Positions 10,727-20,872 are shown, counted from the first letter of the stretch. The stretch is DNA of 64,000 nt from Candidatus Uhrbacteria bacterium (GCA_016188495.1 JACPHU010000002.1:111466-175465); one strand, 5' to 3'. The notes: generated from the sequence alone by a model not told the origin. Program-made: numbers and translations.

Positions 10727-11305
10727 ATGTTTGAGCGCAACCCGCAGAAGTTGTTTCCGCACGATTATCTCATGCGCTATACCTTCATTCCTTTGATTCC
10801 GTCCTTCATTACACCCAACATGGTTACGGTATTCCGGATGGTGATGACTCCCGTAGTACTGTGGTTTCTCTATCTTGAACAGTTCACGATTGGTGTGCCG
10901 CTTTTTTTGTTCGTTGCTTTTACCGACGCACTGGACGGATCACTGGCACGTTTACGCAACCAAATTACCCAGTGGGGGACATTTTATGATCCGCTCGCAG
11001 ACAAGATTCTTATCAGTGCTGTCATTTTGTTAGTGGTGGTCCAGCACGTTAATGTTATTTTCGGGGTGTTGATTCTCGGTATTGAAGCGCTTCTTTTGAT
11101 TGGAGGATGTATTAAAAAAATGAATGGAAAAATAATAGGGGCAAATATTTTTGGCAAAACAAAAATGTTTCTTCAGGTAATTGGAGTATTACTGCTGTTG
11201 ATCGCTCTTTGGGCTGGTTTTGATTTGTTTATCCCACTGTCTGTAGGAACTCTTTCATTGGCGATCGTTTTTGCGGTGATTAGTCTTTTTACCTATGGCC
11301 TCTAA
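10727..11305 (+). CDS. CDP-alcohol phosphatidyltransferase (PgsA-like)
   Basis: TPNMVT..R, DALDGSLAR...G..YDPLADK signature. Confidence 0.9.
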   Translation: MFERNPQKLFPHDYLMRYTFIPLIPSFITPNMVTVFRMVMTPVVLWFLYLEQFTIGVPLFLFVAFTDALDGSLARLRNQITQWGTFYDPLADKILISAVILLVVVQHVNVIFGVLILGIEALLLIGGCIKKMNGKIIGANIFGKTKMFLQVIGVLLLLIALWAGFDLFIPLSVGTLSLAIVFAVISLFTYGL

Positions 11306-12926
11306 ACATACAGAGACCTCTGCAAATCGTTGGAGAACAATCGGCATGATGATCGTCGTTAGTTTCTTTTTTCTTGGGAGCTTGATATTAGTGAACCGAT
11401 CCTTTCTTTTTGTTTCTCCAGATGAAACCGCGAATGCGTATTTTGCAGAATTGTTTGCGAACACATTCTCATTTCAAGGTCCTTACATGCCGTTGGCTGA
11501 TCAATTCGATCGTATCCATCCTCGCAGTACAGTGAATAATCATGGGCAACTTTTACCAGGAAGTTTTTTAGGACTTTCTTTTTTATATGGGACGATTTCC
11601 ATTGTGTTTGGAAAATGGGTCTTTTGGATTTTGACACCTCTGATAACCATTCTGACGGCTTATGCGTGCAGGAAATTGATTGCTCAATGGACGAACGAGT
11701 CCATCGGTTTGATCACATCTGTCTTGTTTTTGGTTCATCCCGCCGTCTGGTATTACGCGTCGCGGGGCATGATGCATAATGTGTTGTTTATTGATTTGCT
11801 CATTTTGGCATGTTGGATGTGGGTGGTACGGCCTTTTAATCAGAAATGGTCTTCCTCGATTTTTCTTGATGGGTTTTTTGCAGGGCTCTTTTTAGGTCTT
11901 GCTCTTTTTGTTCGTTCTAATGAAGGTATTTGGATTGCGGTCGTTCTTTTTCTTTCGGGTCTTATTTGGTGGAGATCGCTTTCATGGCGCCCCTTATTGG
12001 CGGGATTGTGCGGATTGTCTTTGGGGGTAGGATTGCTTTTTTTAATGAACACGCTGACGTACGGTCATCCACTAACGACAGGATATACGTTTCATGTTTC
12101 TTCTTTCGCACAGCCTCCCGTGCAACAAGCTGTTGATATGGAGACGTTGGCAGACACGGTAACGGTTCTTCCTTTTGGATTTCATCCTCACACGGCTTGG
12201 CAGCATTTTTCTTCTTACGGCGTTGAGATGTTTTGGTGGCTGAGTCTACTGGTGCTGCCAGGGTTTTTTATTCTCTGGTCACAGAAAGAAAATCGCTGGA
12301 CCGTACGATGGCTGCTCGTTCTTTCCGGATTGGTCAGTATCTGGTTGGTATTGATGTACGGTAGCTGGGAGATTCACGATAATCCTGATCCGACGCAAAT
12401 TACGATGGCCAATTCCTATGTCCGATATTGGCTTGCCTTGTATGTATTTTCAACACCCATGACGGCGGCGTTGGTTTATTGGGTCATGAAGCGTGGCCGA
12501 TCTCTTTTTTCTCAGCGTCTCATTATTGTTTCCACCCTTCTTCTGATCGTTGGATTGAATGTGAGAGCGGTCTTTTTACAAGGCCAAGATGGACTTGTGA
12601 GAATGCGCGATGAATTACAACGATCACAAGAAATTCAAGCCTCTGTGTTGCGATATACCTCTCCCGAAAGCGTTATCGTCGTTGATCGTTCAGATAAGCT
12701 TTTTTTTCCGCATAGACAGGTTTGGTATCCTCTGCGAGAGCAAGCAACATATGAGGCTATGCCCAAGCTCGTGGAAGCAACTCAACTGTATTATTATGGA
12801 ATTACCTTTCCACAAGCAGATATGGGGTATCTCAATACAGATCGCCTTAAACGCATGGATCTTCAAATCGAGTTGATTGAATCATTCGAACACGAATCCC
12901 TTTATCGTATTTTCAGATCGCTATAA
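11295..12926 (+). CDS. GT-C fold glycosyltransferase (PMT/ArnT-like)
   Basis: SPDE motif after first TM; many TMs; GLALFVR; YVRYWL. Confidence 0.7.
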   Translation: MASKHTETSANRWRTIGMMIVVSFFFLGSLILVNRSFLFVSPDETANAYFAELFANTFSFQGPYMPLADQFDRIHPRSTVNNHGQLLPGSFLGLSFLYGTISIVFGKWVFWILTPLITILTAYACRKLIAQWTNESIGLITSVLFLVHPAVWYYASRGMMHNVLFIDLLILACWMWVVRPFNQKWSSSIFLDGFFAGLFLGLALFVRSNEGIWIAVVLFLSGLIWWRSLSWRPLLAGLCGLSLGVGLLFLMNTLTYGHPLTTGYTFHVSSFAQPPVQQAVDMETLADTVTVLPFGFHPHTAWQHFSSYGVEMFWWLSLLVLPGFFILWSQKENRWTVRWLLVLSGLVSIWLVLMYGSWEIHDNPDPTQITMANSYVRYWLALYVFSTPMTAALVYWVMKRGRSLFSQRLIIVSTLLLIVGLNVRAVFLQGQDGLVRMRDELQRSQEIQASVLRYTSPESVIVVDRSDKLFFPHRQVWYPLREQATYEAMPKLVEATQLYYYGITFPQADMGYLNTDRLKRMDLQIELIESFEHESLYRIFRSL

Positions 12927-12946
12927 ATTTTTTGATCTTTCCGTTC

Positions 12947-14356
12947 ATGTTTATTCTCCGTTTTCTACAATTAGTGATCATTAGCATTCCTGTCGGATTG
13001 TTTCTTTGGTTGGCAAATCAGTGGTTCGTTCCCTCCGGCGTCTTTAAGATTTCTCACGTTGTTGGAGAGTCTTCGTCCTTTATTGATGAACTTAGACCAG
13101 AAACACGTGTCAGTTCTGTTGAAAAAAATGAGCAAGGGCAATCTGTTCAGTCTGTTTTTGGAGATCCTGTCTTTTTTTTCCTTCACCCGCATCGAGTTTT
13201 TAGCAACATGAATCTGGAAGTCTGGTTTCAAAATGAGGGTCTTCCGTTGATTGAATTAGGCGCGTTGTCAAAGATTCATCCCGAGGTTTATACGCTTACC
13301 CCTCTTCAAAATAGAATTATTGATGATTCTTCGTGGAATCGGCTAGAAAAAAATGGGCTGGTTTTACTTCAGCGCCAACAGATCTACCAATCAGTGGATG
13401 ATTTTTTTGCGAATCCTCCTGAACGAAATCAGGTTGCTGTGTATCGAACCTCGTTTGAAAGCCCGTTTCGGCTTCCTTCGTATCAATCAACAAACAAGAA
13501 GCAGATGATCGATGTTTCTTTGCGGGGACATCATGAATTTAAAACCTATATTAAAAATGAAACTCTTCTTTTTCGCGTCTCCTTTATGGATATGAACCGC
13601 GATGAAGGGGAAGATGTGACGCGTCTGACGGTGTTTAATGAATCGGGTCAGCCTGTTGCCGAAGCTCGCGCAGCCGATGATGGAAACGCAAGTCAGGACG
13701 CCCATGTGGTAGACGGGCTCAGGACGATCGACCTTCGAACAGATGGTTTACCAGAAGGGGTTTATAAAGTCGTGATGGACGCTCCACGTGATATTTTTTT
13801 TCGCAAAGTAGAAACGTCTCAACAGAAAATGGTTTTTTTAAACACGCTTTTTATCGGGGATGAAATCGGCTACCGAGAACCTGGCCAAGGAGCCACATTT
13901 TATACTCAATCGCAGCGACTGCGTTTTCAGACGCGACACGCAGAAGGCGTCCAAACGGTTCTTGCAGGTGACGCGTCTGTGACGATTGCCCAACCGTATG
14001 AGTGGTACACGCTTTCTTTGGACGGACAAGGAGTCCGTTCCGTTACTCTTCCTGCAGGGGATGTAGAAATTGTGACGGAGGGGGGGGTCTCATTTTCAAA
14101 AGAACAGTTTTTTGAACCGGATCCTCCCTCGCTTAACGCCTACGCATCGTTGGATCAAATGGGAGTTGATTATGTGCTCGCGCGTTATACCTCTCCGCAT
14201 AAGGAAGGGGAGTGGTTGGTTGCCAATGTCGAATTTCCTGTGAGTCTTTTGTATACAGACAATCAAACATGGAAATTTAGTTTTTCAACGCCAGGTATTG
14301 AAGAGCTAGATGCCCGTTTTAAGATCCATCAAATCAATGCGTTGCTATATCGCTAG
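12947..14356 (+). CDS. Membrane-anchored extracellular hypothetical protein
   Basis: N-terminal TM then beta-rich soluble region; operonic. Confidence 0.7.
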   Translation: MFILRFLQLVIISIPVGLFLWLANQWFVPSGVFKISHVVGESSSFIDELRPETRVSSVEKNEQGQSVQSVFGDPVFFFLHPHRVFSNMNLEVWFQNEGLPLIELGALSKIHPEVYTLTPLQNRIIDDSSWNRLEKNGLVLLQRQQIYQSVDDFFANPPERNQVAVYRTSFESPFRLPSYQSTNKKQMIDVSLRGHHEFKTYIKNETLLFRVSFMDMNRDEGEDVTRLTVFNESGQPVAEARAADDGNASQDAHVVDGLRTIDLRTDGLPEGVYKVVMDAPRDIFFRKVETSQQKMVFLNTLFIGDEIGYREPGQGATFYTQSQRLRFQTRHAEGVQTVLAGDASVTIAQPYEWYTLSLDGQGVRSVTLPAGDVEIVTEGGVSFSKEQFFEPDPPSLNAYASLDQMGVDYVLARYTSPHKEGEWLVANVEFPVSLLYTDNQTWKFSFSTPGIEELDARFKIHQINALLYR

Positions 14357-14359
14357 CCT

Positions 14360-14722
14360 ATGAAAGGATTTTTTGCTCAAAAAAATTTGATAGAACCATT
14401 AGTTCGAACAGGGTTTTTGACCTCTCTTCTTTTTTATATTCTTTTTTGGTTTACTGATTTTTTGATTCCAGGCTTTGTTTCCCGTTATTTTTCTGTTCAC
14501 CTTTTTCTCCTTACAGCATTGGTTTGCGGTCTCTTATGGTCTCATGTCATTGACACCTATAGACAGCACCCGCAATGGCGGCGTTTTATTGTTTTTTCTT
14601 TGGGGTTTATGTTTGCTCTGTTAACATGGAAGTTCACTTCCGGATTAGGATTTGAACGTTTTTTTCTGGTTATGGTAGTCTTTTTTACTCCAACTCTACT
14701 TTCTTTTTTTCTCAATGAATAA
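14360..14722 (+). CDS. Small membrane protein
   Basis: 120 aa, about 4 TM, tightly packed in operon. Confidence 0.6.
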   Translation: MKGFFAQKNLIEPLVRTGFLTSLLFYILFWFTDFLIPGFVSRYFSVHLFLLTALVCGLLWSHVIDTYRQHPQWRRFIVFSLGFMFALLTWKFTSGLGFERFFLVMVVFFTPTLLSFFLNE

Positions 14723-14724
14723 TT

Positions 14725-15720
14725 ATGAAAATTCTATTAACTGGCGGCGCAGGATTCATGGGATCTAACATGATTCACTATCTCCTTGCTACATACCAAG
14801 ATGTTGAAGTGGTTAATTTTGATGATCTGACCTATGCAGGAAACTTAGAAAGTTTGACCGATATAGCCCAAGATCCGCGTTACACGTTTGTAAAGGGGAA
14901 TATCGTTGACCCTTTAGCTGTGGAGGAGGCTATTGCGGGAGTTGATGTTGTGATTAATTATGCGGCAGAAACTCATGTAGATCGCTCAATTTTGGAACCA
15001 CGCGCGTTTATCGATACCAATGTGTATGGCGTTTACAATATTTTAGAGGCGGTTCGCAAGCACAAGATTCATCGGTATATCCAAATTTCAACCGACGAAG
15101 TATTTGGAGCGGTTCTTGAGGGAGAAAGCGACGAACAATCGAAGTTTGAACCTCGTTCTCCTTACTCCGCGTCCAAAGCCGCAGGGGACCATTTGTGTGC
15201 GGCTTATGCGATCACGTACGGCGTGCCGGTTATTGTTACACATTCCTGTAATTTTTACGGTCCTTATCAGTTTCCCGAAAAGTTGATCCCGCTGTTTACG
15301 ATGAATCTTCTTGAAGGAAAAAAAGTTCCAGTGTATGGAGACGGTCAGCAAGTACGAGAATGGATTTTTACTCAAGATCATTGTCGGGCCGTAGATACCA
15401 TTATGCGAAAAGGCAATCCTGGAGAGGTTTACAATATCGGGACGGGATATCGCGTTCCAAATATGGAGGTCGTTAAACAACTGCTCGATCTCACGGATCG
15501 TGGAGAGGAAGCTATTGAATATGTGACCGATCGTCCAGGACACGATCGTCGATACGCTGTGAATTCAAATAAGTTAAGAACCGAGCTTGGTTGGGAGCCT
15601 CAGGTAAGTTTTGAAGAAGGTCTTGCAAAAACAGTGGAATGGTATAAAAACAATCCAGACTGGGTAAACCGTTGTCGAACAGGGGAATATCAGGAGTATT
15701 ATCAAAAACAATACGGGTAG
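14725..15720 (+). CDS. rfbB: dTDP-glucose 4,6-dehydratase
   Basis: TGGAGFMGS, AAETHVDRSI, STDEV, YSASKA, DRPGHDRRY. Confidence 0.95.
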   Translation: MKILLTGGAGFMGSNMIHYLLATYQDVEVVNFDDLTYAGNLESLTDIAQDPRYTFVKGNIVDPLAVEEAIAGVDVVINYAAETHVDRSILEPRAFIDTNVYGVYNILEAVRKHKIHRYIQISTDEVFGAVLEGESDEQSKFEPRSPYSASKAAGDHLCAAYAITYGVPVIVTHSCNFYGPYQFPEKLIPLFTMNLLEGKKVPVYGDGQQVREWIFTQDHCRAVDTIMRKGNPGEVYNIGTGYRVPNMEVVKQLLDLTDRGEEAIEYVTDRPGHDRRYAVNSNKLRTELGWEPQVSFEEGLAKTVEWYKNNPDWVNRCRTGEYQEYYQKQYG

Positions 15721-15883
15721 GACTTTCTCACTTGGCGCATAGCTTTGTCGAAATCTACGTTTTTTGTTCAATCTTCAACAAGTTCAGATTGACCCTGAAT
15801 TTATTGAAGGGTCACTGTATGTGAATACAGCTCACAAAAAGCCTCGATTTCTTCGCGCTCTGCATCCAATTGAGAAAGTCCTA
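15718..15883. mobile_element. MITE-like long hairpin element starting at the rfbB stop codon
   Basis: Terminal IR TAGGACTTTCTCA / TGAGAAAGTCCTA; inner CTTCAACAAGTTCAG..CCTGAATTTATTGAAGGG palindrome. Confidence 0.6.
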
Positions 15884-15948
15884 ATGAGAATAAATAAAAA
15901 ACCACCCGTTTCAGAGGGTGGTTACGCCGTGTCTTTAGTGAAAGATTA

Positions 15949-16560
15949 TCAGTGAAAGATCATTGCACAACTGATCCCGGTACTCACGAGAAACATTAGC
16001 GCATGGGCAATGGCCCATTCACTGGGGTTCCAGCTACCTGTATTTTCCGGGGTTACTATTTGATATTCTCGTTCCCCAAAGAATCCTGGCCCTTTCTTGG
16101 TGAGTACCTTTCGTGGAATACAGAGCCTTTTATAAGACCAGAAGAGAATCAGGGAAGTCAGAAAAAAGAATGGGATTCCGACTACTGCACCGAGTAAATC
16201 CTTGGTCAGACCTACAGCATCTTCGCCCATGATTTTCCAGGCGATCATGAGCATGGTGAAGTGTCCGACTTCCGTGTTTCCAAATTTGGTCACTTCACCA
16301 TTGAGAGCGCTGAGCGCTCCGGAGACTCCTTCGCCGATTTCCTTTCCGATGCCGGCATACTTGCCGACCTGCTCCAGGTTGGTGAGTGTTTCTCCGACCT
16401 TGATCTGCGCGATCTGACCTTGGGTCAACTGACTGGCCGGAACCACGTAGGTTTGGGGCGGTTCCGGTGCCTGCTGTTGTCCCAAAGCGGTGGCAGACGC
16501 GAAGGCGAGCATCATCAACACAGCGACGATCATTGAACGGACTCGGGATCTGATCTGCAT
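15949..16560 (-). CDS. Hypothetical exported/membrane protein
   Basis: Signal peptide, C-terminal TMs, AAGGAG SD, GC-richer; interrupts rml cluster. Confidence 0.7.
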   Translation of the reverse strand: MQIRSRVRSMIVAVLMMLAFASATALGQQQAPEPPQTYVVPASQLTQGQIAQIKVGETLTNLEQVGKYAGIGKEIGEGVSGALSALNGEVTKFGNTEVGHFTMLMIAWKIMGEDAVGLTKDLLGAVVGIPFFFLTSLILFWSYKRLCIPRKVLTKKGPGFFGEREYQIVTPENTGSWNPSEWAIAHALMFLVSTGISCAMIFH

Positions 16561-16657
16561 GTTTGCTCCTTGATTCTCCCTTTGTTGTTTACGGACGGTA
16601 ACGGGAGATCGGAGGCTATCTTAAAAAAACTTTTTTGTCAATATTGTTAACAAAATT

Positions 16658-17575
16658 ATGAAAATTCTTATTTTTGGTAAAGGATACATGGGTGAACGCT
16701 GTGCAGGAGTATGGGCAGATGAGGCTGTACTTTCCGACGTTCGTGTAACGTCTGTTGAAGACGCGTTAGCCGAAATTCAGCGTCATCAGCCAGACGTCGT
16801 TTTCAATGCGGCTGGAGTAAAAGGCAAACCCAATGTGGATTGGTGTGAAGACCATCCTCTTGAGACGATTTTGGGAAATACACTGATGCCACTGATGCTC
16901 GCGCATGCCTGCCAACAGGCCGGGGTGTATTTGCTGCACATGGGGTCCGGATGCATTTTTTACGGAGACTCCCATCACGAAGATAAGGCCTGGAAAGAAC
17001 ATGACTTTGGAAATCCGACACCTGTGTATTCGCGCAGCAAGTGGGCGGCGGATTTGGTCCTTACAACTCTGCCGAACGTCGGGGTCGCGCGCATTCGCAT
17101 GCCGATTGACTGGATTCCGTCCCCTGGAAATTTGATCGATAAACTGGCTGGATTCGATAAAGTGATTGACGTAGAGAATTCCGTCACCATCGTTGATGAT
17201 ATGGTCGAGGTGTTTTATCAGCTTCTGGAAAAACGTGCTCCTGGCATTTTCCACGTGACAAACCCTGGAACGATGCGTCATCGAGATTTGATTCAGTTAT
17301 ACGAGGAACTCGTTGATCCGACTCATACGAATGAATGGATTTCAAACGACGAACTCGTCGCTCATGGTCTTGCGACAAGAGGACGATCAAACAATACGTT
17401 AGCCTCCGAAAATTTAACAAAGTTTGGCATCACCATGAGGCCTATTGAAGAAGCTCTGAGGGAAACATTGGAAAAATACGCTGCAGCCAAGAAAGAAGAA
17501 GAGCACGGCTGCGAAAACGGTGACAATTGTTGCGGCGGCGGATGCTGCGGTATGGATGGAGGAGGATGCTGTTAG
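16658..17575 (+). CDS. NDP-4-keto-6-deoxyglucose 3,5-epimerase/4-reductase (RmlD-like, NRS/ER type) with Cys-rich tail
   Basis: VFNAAGVKGKPNVDWCE, SGCIF, YSRSK, RIRMP; next to rfbB and rmlA. Confidence 0.8.
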   Translation: MKILIFGKGYMGERCAGVWADEAVLSDVRVTSVEDALAEIQRHQPDVVFNAAGVKGKPNVDWCEDHPLETILGNTLMPLMLAHACQQAGVYLLHMGSGCIFYGDSHHEDKAWKEHDFGNPTPVYSRSKWAADLVLTTLPNVGVARIRMPIDWIPSPGNLIDKLAGFDKVIDVENSVTIVDDMVEVFYQLLEKRAPGIFHVTNPGTMRHRDLIQLYEELVDPTHTNEWISNDELVAHGLATRGRSNNTLASENLTKFGITMRPIEEALRETLEKYAAAKKEEEHGCENGDNCCGGGCCGMDGGGCC

Positions 17576-17590
17576 CGATTTTTCTCCTCA

Positions 17591-17704
17591 TATTCCCTGA
17601 GCGAGGAGTCATCGACGAGTCGCCCTTCAACAAGTTCAGGGTGATCATGAGTTTATCGAATGGTCGAAGGGTGCAGACGTGTTTACCCCTTCGACTCCGC
17701 TAGG
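17591..17704. repeat. Nested REP-like palindrome cluster
   Basis: CCCTGAGCGAGGAGTCATCGACGAGTCG..AAGGG and inverted CCCTTCGACTCCGCTAGG; first 32 nt identical to 57988-58019. Confidence 0.7.
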
Positions 17705-17840
17705 ACAACTTCTTATCGGAGCGATCAATAGAGGTCTGTCCCAAGTATAAAACCGCCAGAGATGGCGATTTTGTTTTGTGTATTTATGTCTGCTCGTTCA
17801 TTGACGCGAAGAAAACTGGTCGTTATACTAAAGTCATAAT

Positions 17841-17993
17841 ATGGCTGAAAAAAATACATCTTATAGCTCTGCCCAGGCCAGGAAGATTGTTGCTGAATAT
17901 ATTGATCAGTCAGCTTTGCGTTTGACCAAGAGATTAAAAAAGGCCTATTCGGAAGAAAAAAAGCAGACCGTCAAAGTTCGGTCGTATGTTTAA
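17841..17993 (+). CDS. 50-aa basic protein, putative antitoxin (not in ORF track)
   Basis: MAEKNTSYSSAQARKIVAEYIDQSALRLTKRLKKAYSEEKKQTVKVRSYV; TTGACG-17-TATACT promoter 17801-17829; overlaps next gene by 8 nt. Confidence 0.6.
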   Translation: MAEKNTSYSSAQARKIVAEYIDQSALRLTKRLKKAYSEEKKQTVKVRSYV

Positions 17994-18336
17994 GATCTAT
18001 TATCGGGAGGCGGTTATTTCGGCTATCACAGGCTTCATTCGTGCATACGAAGAAGCTTTTTTTGAACTCTATCGAGAGAGCGGTTTAGTGACGGAACAAG
18101 AAATCATTGAGAACTATCGACGTTCAGCTCAAAAGTTAAACGAACAGATTTTTTCAGAAATCGAAAACTATTTGAGTGTAAAACAAGTACTCGGAAGGAA
18201 AGAACACAGACAATGGCATGAGTTTACATTTTACGTTGGGAGTCGTTTGATAACAGTTCATTACACGACGAACGATGCGGAAGTATTGAGAATAGTTGAA
18301 ATGATCGGGATTGAGCGAAAGCCGATTATCTTTTAA
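17986..18336 (+). CDS. Hypothetical protein, possible RelE/ParE-fold toxin
   Basis: 116 aa, beta-helix-helix-beta-meander pattern (FKIYY...FYVGSRLITVHY..LRIVEMIG). Confidence 0.5.
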   Translation: MFKIYYREAVISAITGFIRAYEEAFFELYRESGLVTEQEIIENYRRSAQKLNEQIFSEIENYLSVKQVLGRKEHRQWHEFTFYVGSRLITVHYTTNDAEVLRIVEMIGIERKPIIF

Positions 18337-18380
18337 TAAAATTGACTTTTTAAAAGGAAAAAGAGTAAAGTCGGCTTACT

Positions 18381-19463
18381 ATGAAAGCTCTTATTGCCGC
18401 AGGGGGTCATGCAACGCGATTGCGACCTATCACATGGACTCACAATAAACATATTATTCCGTTGGCTAATAAGCCAATGCTTTGGTATGTCTTGAAGAAA
18501 ATCACTGATGCAGGGATTAAAGACATTATTATCAATGTCAATCCAGGCGACGTGAAATACATGAGTGACCACTTGGGGGATGGTTCTGAATTCGGGGCTC
18601 ATGTGACCTATTTAGAACAGCGCGGGGGAGCAAAGGGATTAGCTCACGTGGTGGCAAACGCGGAAGAACATCTCAAAGGCGAACGATTTCTTTTTTTCTT
18701 GGGAGACAACATTATTTTGGGAAGCATCAATCAGTTTGTTGATCGGTTTGAACGAGAACAGCTTGATTGTATGATCGCCCTTTCACACGTGAAGGATCCT
18801 CATCGTTTTGGCGTGCCCGAGTTTCATCCAGACGGTACGCTTAAGCGTACCGTGGAAAAACCAAAAGATCCCCCCTCTTCCTTTGCGGTCACGGGGATTT
18901 ACCTTTTTGACGAACAGTTTTTTGATGCGTATAAGACGATCGAGCCATCCGAGCGTGGCGAGTATGAAATTACCGATGTTATTACGTGGTATATCCAAAA
19001 TGGAAAGGTGGGTCATGAAGAAATTACCGGCTGGTGGAAGGATACCGGTACCCCTGACGCGTTGATTGAAGGCAATGCTCTGATTATGGACGATACGCCT
19101 CGCGAAGAATTTTGCGTCCATTGTGAGCCCCATGAGGATGCTCAAATTCAAGGACCTGTTTCTATTGGGGCGGGGACAACGGTTTCTGCGGATTGTCTTA
19201 TTCGTGGACCTGTGGTTATTGGTGAGGGGTGTAAGATCGTTTCCAGTTATATTGGTCCGTATACGTCTATCGGAAACAATGTCGAAATTGTTAATTCAGA
19301 GGTAGAACATTCCATCTTATTTGATGGAGCGAAGATTGATACGACCCGTCGAATTGTGAATAGTTTGATCGGGCTTAACGCTCATCTGGTTGATTGCAAG
19401 CGTTCCCACCCAAAAAGTGGTCACAGACTGATTATCGGTGATAACAGCTTTGTCGAATTATAA
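18381..19463 (+). CDS. Glucose-1-phosphate thymidylyltransferase, long form (RmlA)
   Basis: AAGGHATRLRPIT, EKP, SERGEYEITD, WWKDTG, C-terminal left-handed beta-helix. Confidence 0.9.
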   Translation: MKALIAAGGHATRLRPITWTHNKHIIPLANKPMLWYVLKKITDAGIKDIIINVNPGDVKYMSDHLGDGSEFGAHVTYLEQRGGAKGLAHVVANAEEHLKGERFLFFLGDNIILGSINQFVDRFEREQLDCMIALSHVKDPHRFGVPEFHPDGTLKRTVEKPKDPPSSFAVTGIYLFDEQFFDAYKTIEPSERGEYEITDVITWYIQNGKVGHEEITGWWKDTGTPDALIEGNALIMDDTPREEFCVHCEPHEDAQIQGPVSIGAGTTVSADCLIRGPVVIGEGCKIVSSYIGPYTSIGNNVEIVNSEVEHSILFDGAKIDTTRRIVNSLIGLNAHLVDCKRSHPKSGHRLIIGDNSFVEL

Positions 19464-19475
19464 GGCACAGGAATA

Positions 19476-19503
19476 AAAATAAGAGCCATTTGGCTCTTAT
19501 TTT
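19476..19503. terminator. Bidirectional terminator
   Basis: AAAATAAGAGCCA-TT-TGGCTCTTATTTT between convergent genes. Confidence 0.7.
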
Positions 19504-20840
19504 TAGTTTTGAAGAGGTCTTTTATACCAGTCCCATTGGGATGACGATTGTTGGAACAGATGGAGCGTTGTGCCTTGCCGATCTATCCAAAAGATTCCAG
19601 GTAAGTCTTTGAGGAGAATGGTTTGAGAAAGAATGCGCGCACCATCCAAAGTAAGTGCTGTGGTTGTTCCGTCGGACTGATAGATTGCTGTATTTCCTTC
19701 CGGGTACCAGTCCAAGTGAGTGATGGGACGACTCAGTCGTACAAGAGTGTCTGTTTGGTGTGTGGTTTGAACGTATCGTTTAATATCGTAACCGCTTGAG
19801 TACAGGAGAATGTCTCCGGAAGCATTCCATTTCCACAAAGAGGCCTCCTCATCAAAGAGAATAGGCTGTTCTTTATTTACGGGATCAATCAGAATAAGTC
19901 GATTTTGACGATCGTTATGTAACCCTATTAAGTTCTTTGGAGTTTCTACAAACGTATATTCTCCAAGGGGGAGATACGTGATGATGGAAGCTGTTGCGCC
20001 ATCTTGATAAGAGATCACTTCTTTGTTATTGGCTTGTGAAACAGTTATTTCCTTTTCGGAATGACTGATAATCGCTGAAGCCTTAAAGTTAAGAGGAGTT
20101 AATTCTCTTGTTGAAAGAGAGAAACGAGATATCTTCTCTTTTGAAAGGAGATAGAGTTGATCGTTTTTTCCCGCATCCCACCAGATACGGTCAATAGGAT
20201 CTTCGGTTTGGGGAAGTTCAATGAGTTCTCCATTACTTACATGCGAAATGGTCATTTGGATGTGCGATTCTTTACTTCGTTCAAGTGATAAAAAGGTTCC
20301 CTCTGATGACCAAGAAAGATCATAGGTGCTTTCTGAATCATAAGGCAGTCGCATGAGAAGTTTTTTTTGAGCATCTTCTACGTGTACCCGCCAGACTTCA
20401 AGCCAGGAGCTTTCTTGAGTGATATAAGCAAAACTGTCTGTTTTTGGATTGATCGAGAGGTCTATGAGGCCGATCATCTTTTCTTGTTCGGGTTGTTTGT
20501 CTAAAAAGAGGACGACCTCGTTGAGGATGCGTGCCTCCCGACTCAAAAAAGACAAAGAGGTTTCCCAAGGAAGGTAGCCGGTTTTTTGAAGGGTAATGAG
20601 ATGTTCTCCAGGAACGATGGTATTGATGACGGCAGGAGTTCGGTCTGTGGAGGGGAGTGTATCGATGAGAATCATCGCATTTCGAGGAATGCTTGAAATA
20701 TTCAAGATAGCCGTATGGACGATTCTTCCGTGAGAAAGATCAAAACGATATCCTGCCGTGTAGAGGACAATCAAAGGGGCAGAGATAAGAAAAGCAAACA
20801 AAAAGATGAGAAAGAGAATCAGGCGAAAGGGTTTGGACAT
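19503..20840 (-). CDS. PEGA-domain membrane-anchored protein
   Basis: N-terminal TM, YTAGYRFD, SIPRNA..TP..PGEHLITLQKTGY..W; propeller-like C-terminus. Confidence 0.8.
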   Translation of the reverse strand: MSKPFRLILFLIFLFAFLISAPLIVLYTAGYRFDLSHGRIVHTAILNISSIPRNAMILIDTLPSTDRTPAVINTIVPGEHLITLQKTGYLPWETSLSFLSREARILNEVVLFLDKQPEQEKMIGLIDLSINPKTDSFAYITQESSWLEVWRVHVEDAQKKLLMRLPYDSESTYDLSWSSEGTFLSLERSKESHIQMTISHVSNGELIELPQTEDPIDRIWWDAGKNDQLYLLSKEKISRFSLSTRELTPLNFKASAIISHSEKEITVSQANNKEVISYQDGATASIITYLPLGEYTFVETPKNLIGLHNDRQNRLILIDPVNKEQPILFDEEASLWKWNASGDILLYSSGYDIKRYVQTTHQTDTLVRLSRPITHLDWYPEGNTAIYQSDGTTTALTLDGARILSQTILLKDLPGIFWIDRQGTTLHLFQQSSSQWDWYKRPLQN

Positions 20841-20872
20841 ATCATGTTCTATTGTATATCCTGTAGACATCT

